Positions 1-13,106 of a stretch of 64,000 bases of DNA are shown piece after piece. The DNA is from Octopus sinensis (taxonomy: Eukaryota). A program made the position numbers and the translations under genes. The notes beneath the pieces are model-generated. The model was given only the letters and a program-made list of their open reading frames with translations, searched no databases and was not told the DNA's origin. The stretch lies in contig NC_043003.1 of assembly GCF_006345805.1 (NCBI RefSeq), forward strand, positions 104,098,001-104,162,000, given 5' to 3'. Position 1 is the stretch's first letter, and each line of letters starts with the position of its first letter.

Positions 1-854
1 ATACATATATACATATACACACATATATATATATACATATACACACATATATATATATACAAATATACATATACACACATATATATATACATATACACAC
101 ATATATATATATACATATACACACATATATATATATACATATACACACATATATATATATACATATATATACATATACACATATATATACATATACACAT
201 ATATATATACATATATATACATACACATATATATATACATATATATACATACACATATATATATACATATATATACACACACATACATATATACACGTAT
301 ATATATACATATATATACACATACATACATATATACACGTATATATATACATATATATACACATACATATATACATATATATACATATAGGCATATACAT
401 ATACACATATATATACATATAGGCATATACATATACACATATATATATACATATACACATATATACACATATATATATATACATAGATATATACATATAT
501 ACATAGATATATACATATATACATAGATATATACATATATACATAGATATATATATATAAAATATATATATATATATAAATATATATATATACATATACA
601 CATATATATACATATATAAATATATATATATATATAAATATATATATACATAAATATATATATACATAAATATATATATATACATAATATATATATACAT
701 AAATATATATATATAACATATACAATATATATACATATATAATATATATACATATATAAATATATATATATATATAAATATATATAATATAAAATAATAT
801 ATATACATATACACATATATATATACATATATAAATATATATATATATATAAAT

Positions 855-885
<31 letters not shown>

Positions 886-2781
886 CATATACACATATAT
901 ATACATAAATATATAAATATACATATACACATATATATACATAAATAGATATATACATAAATATATATATACACATATATATATACATATACACATATAT
1001 ATATACATATACACATATATATATACATATACACATATATATATACATATACACATATATATATACATATACACATATATATATATACATATACACATAT
1101 ATATATACATATACACATATATATATACATATACACATACATATAGACATACATATACACATATATACATACATATACACATATATACATACATATACAC
1201 ATATATACATATATATATACATATATATACATATACACATATATATACATATACACATATATACATATATATATACACATATATATACATATACACATAT
1301 ATATACATATACACATATATATACATATACACATATATATATATATAAACATATATATATATATACACATATATATATATACACATATATATATACATAT
1401 ACACATATATATATACTCATATATATACATATACACATATAGATATATACACATATATATACATATACACATATATACATATACACATATATACATATAC
1501 ACATATATACATATACACATATATATATATACACATATATATATACACACATATATATATACACACATATATATATACACACATATATACATATACACAT
1601 ATATATATATACACATATATATATATATACACATATATATATACACACATATATATATATATATATACACACATATATATATATATACACATATATATAT
1701 ACACACATATATATATATATATACACATATATATATACACACATATATATATATATATACACACATATATATATATACACATATATATACACATATATAT
1801 ATATACACATATATATATATACATATATATATACACACACATATATATATATACACATATATATATATATATACACACATATATATATATACACACACAT
1901 ATATATATATACACATATATACACATATATACATATACACATATACACATATATATATATACATATACACATATATACACATATATATATATACATATAC
2001 ACATATATACACATATATACATATACACATATATATATATACATATACACATATATATATATACATATACACATATATATATACATATACACATATATAT
2101 ATACATATACACATATATATATATACATATACGGATATATATATACATATACGGATATATATATACATATACGCATATATATATACATATACGCATATAT
2201 ATATACATATACGCATATATATACACATATACGCATATATATACACATATACGCATATATATACACATATACGCATATATATACACATATACGCATATAT
2301 ATACACATATACGCATATATACACACATATACGCATATATATATACATATACGCATATATATACACATATACGCATATATATACACATATACGCATATAT
2401 ATACACATATACGCATATATACATATATATATATACATATATACATATATACATATATACATATATATACATATACATATATATACATATACATATATAT
2501 ACATATACATATATATACATATATACATATATATACATATACATATATATACATATACATATATATACATATACATATATATACATATACATATATATAC
2601 ATATACATATATATACATCATATATACATATATATACATATACATATATATACATATATACACATATACATACATAAACATATATATACATATATATACA
2701 TAAACATATATATACATATACATACATAAACATATATATACATATATATACATATATATACATATACATACATATATATAC

Positions 2782-2814
<33 letters not shown>

Positions 2815-2831
2815 CATATATATATGTATAC

Positions 2832-2863
<32 letters not shown>

Positions 2864-2977
2864 ATACATATACATATATATATACATATACATATATATA
2901 TACATATACATATATATATACATATACATATATATATACATATACATATATATATATACATATACACATATACAATA

Positions 2978-3009
<32 letters not shown>

Positions 3010-3078
3010 CATATACACATATACATATATGTATATATATATATACATATATATATACATATACACATATACATATAG

Positions 3079-3109
<31 letters not shown>

Positions 3110-3128
3110 ATATACACATATACATATA

Positions 3129-3160
<32 letters not shown>

Positions 3161-3180
3161 CATATATACATATACATATA

Positions 3181-3218
<38 letters not shown>

Positions 3219-3811
3219 CACATATATATATATACACCTATATACATATTATATACATATATATACATATATATACATATATATATACATATATACATAT
3301 ATATACATATATATATATACATATATATACATATATATATACATTATATAAACATATATACATATATATACACATATATACATATATATATACATATATA
3401 TACACATATATACATATATATATACATATATATACATATATATATACATATATATACATATATATATACATATATATACATATATATACATATATATATA
3501 CATATATATACATATATATACATATATATATACATATATATATACATATATATATACATATATATATACATATATATACATATATATATATACACATATA
3601 TATACATATATACATATATATACATATATATACATATATATATATACACATATATACATATATATACATATATAAACATATATATACATATATATATACA
3701 CATATATACATATATATACATATAACATATATTTACATATATATACATATATATATACTATACATATATATATAATACATATACATATATACATTATACA
3801 TATACACATTA

Positions 3812-3845
<34 letters not shown>

Positions 3846-4796
3846 CACATATATATATGTACATATATACACATATATATATATATACATATATCTATAT
3901 ACACATATATATATGTACATATATACACATATATATATATACATATATCTATATACACATATATATATGTACATATATACACATATATATATATATACAT
4001 ATATCTATATACACATATATATATGTACATATATACACATATATATATATATATACATATATACACATATATATATATACATATATACATATATATATAT
4101 ATACATATATACATATATATATATATACATATATACATATATATATATATACATATATACATATATATACATATATATTACATATATATATATACATATA
4201 TATACATATATATATACATATATATATATACATATATATATAATATCATATATACATACATATATATACACATCTATATACATACATATATATACACATA
4301 TATATACATATATATATATACATATATACATATATATATATACATATACATACATATATATATACACATATATACATATATATATATACACATATATACA
4401 TATATATATATACACATATATACATATACATATACATACATATACATATATATATATACAAATACATATATATACATATACATACATATACATATACATA
4501 TATATACATATACATATATACATATATATACATATACATATATATATACATATACATATATATACATATACATATATACATATATATACATATAATACAT
4601 ATATATATACATACATATATATATACATATATATATTACATACATATATATATATACATATATATATATACATACTATATATATATACATCATATATATA
4701 CATACATACATATATATACATATATATATATACATACATATATATACATACAATATATACATACATACATACTATATATACATAATATATACATAC

Positions 4797-4827
<31 letters not shown>

Positions 4828-4831
4828 CATA

Positions 4832-4872
<41 letters not shown>

Positions 4873-7800
4873 ACATATATATATAACATATATATATATC
4901 CATATATATATACATATTATATATACATATATATATACACATATATACATATATATATAATACATATATATATACATATATATATATACATATATATATA
5001 TACACATATATACAATATATAATATATATACATATATTATACATACATATATATACATATATATACTACATATATACATATAATACATACATATATATAC
5101 ATATATACATATATATATACATACATATATATACATATATACATATATATACATATATATATACATCTATATACATATATATATATACATATATATACAT
5201 ATATATATACATATATATACATATATATACATATATACATATATACATATAAATATATACATATATATCATATATATATATACATATAAATATATACATA
5301 TATATACATATATATATACATATATATATATACGTATATATACATATATATAACATATATATATATACGTATATATACATATATATATATACATATATAT
5401 ACATATATATATATACATATATATATATACATATATATATATACATACTAGCAGTATCGCCCGGCGTTGCTCAGGTTTGTAAGGGAAATAACTACGAAGC
5501 ATTTTTAGAGAGTTATAGCCAAAAAATAGCAAAAAAATGGAAAAAAATGATGGTAAATATTTTTTTAGTTAAAAAGGTATATATATATACACATATATAT
5601 ATATACACATATATATATACATATATACATATATACACATATATATATACACATATATATACATATATACATATATACACATATATATATACACATATAT
5701 ATACATATATACACATATATATATACATATATACATATATACACATATATATATACATATATACATATATACATATACATATATACATATATATATATAC
5801 ATATATATATATACATATATATATATACATATATATATATACATATATATATACATATATATATATACATATATATATATACATATATATATATACATAT
5901 ATATATATACATATATATATATCACTATATATACATATATATATATATACACATATATATACATATATATAATATATACACATATATATACATATACATA
6001 TATATATATACACATATATATACATATATATATATACACATATATATACATATATATATATACACATATATATACATATATATATATACACATATATATA
6101 CATATATATATACACATATATATACATATATATATATACACATATATATACATATATATATATACACATATATATACATATATATATATACACATATATA
6201 TACATATATATATATACACATATATACATATATATATATACACATATATATACATATATATATATACACATATATATACATATATATATATACACATATA
6301 CATAAATATATATATATACACATATACATACATACATATATATATATACACATATACATACATACATATATATATATACACATATACATACATATATATA
6401 TATACACATATACATATATATATATACACATATACATACATATATATATACACATATACATACATATATATATATACACATATACATACATATATATATA
6501 TACACATATACATACATATATATATATACACATATACATACATATATATATATACACATATACATACATATATATATATACACATATACATACATATATA
6601 TATATATACACATATACATACATATATATATACACATATACATACATATATATATATACACATATACATACATATATATATATACACATATACATACATA
6701 TATATATATACACATATACATACATATATATATATACACATATACATACATATATATATATACACATATACATACATAATATATACACATATACATACAT
6801 ATATTATATACACATATACATACATATATATATATACACATATACATACATATATATATATACACATATACATACATATATATATATACACATATACATA
6901 CATATATATATATACACATATACATACATATATATATACACACATATACATACATATATATATACACACATATACATACATATATATATACACACATATA
7001 CATACATATATATATACACACATATACATACATATATATATACACACATATACATACATATATATATACACACATATACATACATATATATATATACACA
7101 CATATACATACATATATATATATACACACATATACATACATATATATATATACACACATATACATACATATATATATATACACACATATACATACATATA
7201 TACATATATATATACACATATACATACATATATATATACACATATACATACATATATATATACACATATACATACATATATATATACACATATACATACA
7301 TATATATATACACATATACATACATATATATATACACATATACATACATATATATATATATACACATATACATACATATATATATATACACATACATACA
7401 TATATATATACACATATACATACATATATATACACATATACATACATATATATATACACATATACATACATATATATATACACATATACATACATATATA
7501 TATACACATATACATACATATATATATACACATATACATACATATATATATACACATATACATACATATATATATACACATATACATACATATATATACA
7601 CATATACATACATACACATATACATACATACACATATACATACATACACATATACATACATACACATATACATACATACACATATACATACATACACATA
7701 TACATACATACACATATACATACATACACATATACATACATACACATATACATACATACACATATATATACACATATACATACACATATATATACACATA

Positions 7801-8460
7801 TACATACACATATATATACACATATACATACATACACATATACATACATATATACATACACATATACATATATACATACACATATACATACATACATATA
7901 TATACACATATACATACACACATATATATACACATATACATACATACATATATATATACATACACATATATACATATATATATACATACATATATACTTA
8001 CATACATATATACATACACATATACATACATACATATATATATATACACATACATACATATATATATACACATACATACATACATATATACTCATATACA
8101 TACATACATATATATATACACATATACATACATACATATATATATACACATATATATACATACATATATATATACACATATATATACATACATATATACA
8201 CATATACATACATACATATATACACATATACATACATACATATATATATATATATACACATATACATATGTATATACACATATACATAAATATACACATA
8301 TACATATATATATATACACATATACATATATATACACATATACATACACATATATATATACACATATATATATACACATATATATATACACATATACATA
8401 TATATATACACATACATATATATACTCATATACATTATATATATATATGTATGTATGTAA
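1..8460. repeat. Very long (TA)n/(TACA)n-derived satellite with local higher-order units
   Basis: Almost pure alternating purine/pyrimidine with C on + and very few G. Sub-arrays include a 20-mer with CG at ~2130-2420, 22-24-mers at ~6320-7600 and a 16-mer at ~7600-7760. Confidence 0.98.
5448..5577 (-). mobile_element. Non-autonomous Helitron, 3' fragment embedded in the satellite
   Basis: CTAG at 5448-5451 followed by GCCCGGCGTTGCTCAGG (subterminal hairpin). Matches the copies at 23771, 32066 and 35012. Confidence 0.8.
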
Positions 8461-8633
8461 GATGTACCAAGTGTAAGCTTCTAAGTATATATATATGTGT
8501 GTATATATGCATATGCACATAAGAGGTGCAGTAATATCAAAGGATGGCTAACTGGGAAGATAGTTTTTGTACGTGGCAGATGCTCGGGAGGGATAAACAC
8601 TGGAAATTGGTAGTTGAACTAATTGGTAGTTGA

Positions 8634-9304
8634 GCTTGCATGTCCAAGACCATCATATATGAAGCTACCGTAAACTCTATAACCACTAAAGACACCGTTT
8701 CGACTAAGAAATACGTGGGCCTTACAGAGGGTAATTTCAAGGCCAGGTTCAATAACCACACTTTGAGCTTTAGGCACTGGAACAAAAGAAAAGCGACACA
8801 ATTGTCTAATCATATTTGGTCTTTAAGAGATAAAGGTGTCGATTATAACATACAATGGAAGATTTTGGCCAGATGTAAGCCCTATACCAACGGCAGCGGA
8901 AGGTGCGGTCTATGCGACATGGAGAGATGGCTTGTCTGGAAAAGCAGCTTAGACCCTACTACATGTCTAAATACAAGGACAGAGCTTTTCGGATCATGCC
9001 CACATGTGACTAAATTTCTGTTACGTTTATGGTCCCCTAAAGAAAACAGATAGAACATGCTTTCTATGTTATGTCCCAAGAAGAATTAATAAATTTTTAT
9101 ATATTTTTTAAGTATTTTTATATAATTTTTATGACGAAAAATGCGAGCGATGTATAAGTACGCAGGCAAGCAGAGTTATAACACAGTAATTTCCCTTTAT
9201 TTAACGGTATTTTTTCATAGCGTTTTCAAATAGCCAGATAACCAAAGAGATGGTGTTGTGGATTTCCACTTCGGCATCTGAAACTCAGAGTTTTATCTTG
9301 ACTA
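8634..9304 (+). mobile_element. Penelope-like element 3' end: GIY-YIG endonuclease ORF (8640-9053) plus 3' tail
   Basis: IIYEATV...KKYVGLTEGNFKARFNNHTLSF...LSNHIWSL...CGLCDME...LNTRTELFGSCPH is the typical PLE GIY-YIG C-terminus. Confidence 0.9.
9231..9304 (+). ncRNA. Degenerate minimal type I hammerhead ribozyme in the PLE tail
   Basis: Stem I tagccagataa/ttatcttgacta, core CCAAAGA (for CUGANGA), stem II gatg...catc enclosing gtgga/tccac, then GAAA-ctc-a-gag-TT. Confidence 0.55.
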
Positions 9305-9439
9305 CCAAGTAATGTAACATATTATTGTATAGATGATGATGATGATATATATATATATATATATATATGTTTATGTTTTCCAGTTTCAGCTCTTGAGCTG
9401 TGGTCATGCTGGGGCACCGCCATTTGGTTTTGCTACATG

Positions 9440-10238
9440 ATTTTACCTCACGAATGCTTTTTAGCAACTGCCATTTGGTGCATGAGAGAGTTTGATGCAG
9501 CTGCCCTCATCTGCCCCTCCTGCCGTGAAGTTGGTTCATCCTGGACACCTGACAGGAAGAGATCCAGTCCTATTTTAAAGACATCCGCATCCACCCCATA
9601 CAGGTCCCTCAGGTTCTTCGGGAGGATATTGAAGAGCTGTGGGCCTCTGAAGCCCAGGCTATCACAGTATCTTGTCCTACATCTTGATGGCAAATTTGGA
9701 GTCCTTGGCACCACGCAGTGGCGCCCAGTTCTGGCATTTGTGTAACTCTCGATGCCAAAGTTTGGGACAAGTCCTTCCAGATGTATATTATGGCATATCT
9801 TTCTCGCCTACGCTCCAAGGAATATAGTTTTAATCTCTTGAGTCTTTCCCAGTATCTTATATGCTGCACAGAGGCTATCTTCTTCGTGTAGCTTCGCTGG
9901 ATTGCCTCAAGTTCTGTGATCAACTTGACACTGGATGGTGACCATAGCTGAGAGCAATAGTCTAAGTGGCTTAGGACAAGTGTCTTCCAGAGGACCATCA
10001 TGGTTTCTTGTTCTAAAGGTTTTAAGAATCCATCTGGCCAGCCGTATACATTTCATTGCCAGTTTAGCAACATGTACATGAAAGGTTGCGTCATCGCTCA
10101 TGTAAATACCCAGGTCACGCACTGATTGTGCCTCTGGGATTGCGATCCCTCCGAATCCAGTGTATTCATTGGGTATTGCATTCAGTTTTGCATGCTGATA
10201 GCATAAAGCTTGAAACTTTTCAGCATTGAACTGCATGC
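9440..10238 (-). mobile_element. CR1-group LINE, 3' part of ORF2 (frameshifted)
   Basis: MQFNAEKFQAL, VRDLGIYMSDD, LWKTLVLSHLDYCSQLWSP, LEAIQRSYTKKI, LKLYSLERRRERY, GPQLFNILPKNLR. Confidence 0.85.
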
Positions 10239-10239
10239 T

Positions 10240-11266
10240 ATTCTTTTCAGAGTAAAAGGTAGACTGTATGACGCATGTGTACGAACAGCCATGCTACATA
10301 GCAGTGAAACATGGGCCGTGACTGCTGAGGATATGCGTAAGCTCCCAAGGAATGAAGCCAGTATGATCCAATGGATGTGTAATGTCAGTGTGCATACTCG
10401 ACAGAGTGTAAGTACCTTGTTGGACCTAAGAAGCATCAGATGTGGTGTGCAAGAGAGATGACTGCGCCGGTATGGTCATGTGGCGAGAATGGATGAGGAT
10501 AGCTGTGTGAAAAAGTGTCACACCCTAGTGGTTGAGGGAACCTGTGGAAGAGGTAGACCCAGAAAAACCTGGGATGAAGTAGTGAATCACAACCTCTGAA
10601 CATTAGGCCTCACCAAGGAAATGACTAGCAACTGAGACTTTTGGAAATATGCTGTGCTCGAGAAGACCCGGCAAGCCAAATTAGACCATAACCTCATGGC
10701 CTATGCCAGGGGTGTAACCAGCCCACTTATGCGTGCCTTTCGTTGATTGGACACAAAACTCTGCTTGCGTAGACCTGTTAAGGCAAGTGAAATCGAAATC
10801 AAATTCTATAACTGGTATCTGTGCTAGTGGAGTGCTAAGAGCTCCATCCGTGCATGATCATTGCCAGAGCAGCTAACTGGCTTCCGTACCAGTGGCACGT
10901 AAAAAGCAGCATTCAAGCGTGATCGTTACCAGTGTTGCCGTACTGGCACTTGTGCCAGTGGAATGTGAAAAAACATTTGAGCAAGTTCATTGCCAGTGCC
11001 GCTGGACTGGCTCTTGTGCAGGTGGCATGTAAAAAACACCATCTGAGAGTGGTCGTTGCCAGTAACGCCGACTGGCCCCCATGCTGGTGGCATGTAAAAG
11101 CTCCCCACTACACTCTCGGAGTGGTTGGCGTTAGGAAAGGCATCCAGCTGTAGAAACTCTGCTAGATTAAGATTGGAGTCTGGTGCAGACATCTGGTTCA
11201 CCAGTCCTCAGTCAAATCGTACAACCCATGCTAGCATGGAAAGCGAACGTTAAACAATGATGATGA
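10240..11266 (+). mobile_element. RTE-clade LINE 3' end with tandem-hairpin 3' UTR and (GAT)n tail
   Basis: RVKGRLYDACVRTAMLHSSETWAV...MIQWMCNVS, then ~60 bp tandem units and a tgatgatgat tail. Confidence 0.85.
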
Positions 11267-11450
11267 TATATCAATACATATAAATATATATGAAAATATT
11301 TCATTTTTGGTCTTGGTTTGCAAGATTCTTTATGTGAGTTCGTGTGTTGAAGCATGTTCTGCTGTGTCTGGGGAGAGTTATTTTCTTTTTGTTTCTTATA
11401 ATTTAACACACTCACCGGTAAAATTTCTACTTATTCCTTATTTTTATTTT

Positions 11451-11488
11451 CCTAAAATTTTCATTACGTCTTGCAACCTTTTCAATAG
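11451..11488 (-). ncRNA. Minimal hammerhead-like motif with U3:A8 core
   Basis: Minus strand reads CTA-TTGAAAA-G-GTTGC-aagac-GTAAT-GAAA-ATTT-TAG. Confidence 0.4.
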
Positions 11489-11914
11489 TCTTGACTGTCT
11501 GTTATTTATACTGCGTTCCTTTTTGAGTGTTTGCGCACATGTGTGTGGGTCAGTGTGTGCATGTATGTATGCATGTGTGTATGTATATGTGTGTGTATAT
11601 ATGTATGAGTGTGTGCATATGTATGTATGTATTCTGCATATTCATGTGCTTGTATGTCTGTGTTTGTGTATTTTTATGTATGTGTGTGTGTAAGCATGTG
11701 TTTGTATATGTATGCACCTCTGTCTCCTTGTGTGTGCATTTTGCAACTATGTACCTATCCGTCTGTATGTTGATCTGTTTATTTTCATATCCATATGCTC
11801 ACATACATGTGCATATACACATACATACCCACACACACACACATCTATCTACATAACAGTCCATTAATTATTCTACTCTGCCTGTGTAAACTGTGGGTAT
11901 GGAGGTATGGTATT

Positions 11915-12935
11915 TACTGTGTATATTTCCTATTTAGTATTGGGGAGGTTTCATTTATAAGGACGTACTCCCGTATGTGTCGGAGCGTTGGGTCTTTAGG
12001 GCGCTTAGATAAGATGCGGATGTCAAGTTGACCCAAGTTACCTCCATGGTGGTCTTTGGCATGTTAGTAGAGTATGGAGGACTGTTTTCTGTCGTCATAT
12101 TGTCTTAGATGTTCATTTATCCGTTCCGCAATGCTTCTAGACGTCTCCCCTATGTACATCATGTTCATGTCCTTACAAGCACCTTCTATGCATCTTATGC
12201 TGTAAACTACATTTCGAGTTCTACAGTTAATACCAGGGCTAATCCTACATACCATGCAGTTATCATTGGTGCATACGGTATTCTTAAAGGGGTACGTCCT
12301 ACATAGTTGTGATCTGACGGAGTTCCCCGGCTTTTCAACAATTTTAATGTTGAGTTTGGTCTCCTTCAGAGCTTTTCTAAATCTACAGGCTAGCTCTCCA
12401 TGGGCTGTGGCCTCTACAAACATCACTCCTTGATATTTGTCGGTTTTATACCTCATGTTCGCGCTGTTTGCTTTGTCACAAGTTCTTTGTATTCTATTCC
12501 ATTCTTTGTTTCTATATCTAGGGCAGGTACCACTGGTATCATTACGTATAATGTTATCTAATTTCTTTTTAGCCCCCCTGTATACTCAAACCCTATCTTT
12601 CTGATCATATCCAGAGAACTGCATGCGGTACATGAAGTTCTGTATATGTTTCTTCATTTCATAGGGTTCGCATAGTAGGGACGGTCTGCTATCAGTATGT
12701 TACTTTTCATGTTGTGTGACAAAGCTGAGTTCTTGTGAACAACATATTTTGAAGTTACGGGTTTCATGTAATAGCAGTGGAGGAGTTGCACTCTATTGTT
12801 CACAGTCTCTAACCAAAGTTCAGTACCAAGCACTTCAACAATAGACTCTCTGAACTTGAAACTGAGCATTTTCTAACTGTTGAAGTAATTCCTAATGTCA
12901 ACTTTTTATTGCCTCTTCTATTTTTTCCTAGCCCC
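11915..12935 (-). mobile_element. Penelope-like element remnant (RT thumb plus Cys-rich linker and GIY-YIG), a different family from the one at 8640
   Basis: YYMKPVTSKYVVHKNSAL; VMFVEATAHGELA; CTNDNCMVC...CRTRNVVYSIRC...YIGETSRSIAERINEH; continues to DPTLR...LNRK. Confidence 0.85.
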
Positions 12936-13106
12936 CATACTTACTGAGAAAATCGATTAAAACTTTTTCCTAATGGAATTCCCCTAGGTTTGGTTATCGA
13001 TTGCCACTGTGTTGGATGACTATCCTGTTGTGGAGATATCGAGGCAATCTTGTATTTGCTTCTAGACTCCAAAATTTTTGAGACTGCTTGAGACTCTGAA
13101 ATTTTT

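Noticed and set aside
1417-8520. ORFs up to 966 aa rich in Y/I/M/C/V/H/T
   Set aside because: Translations of alternating purine/pyrimidine repeats, which cannot form stop codons; open in several frames on both strands.
10850-11105. CRISPR-like repeat/spacer appearance
   Set aside because: Units are degenerate tandem repeats in an RTE 3' UTR; no cas genes, and the context is eukaryotic.
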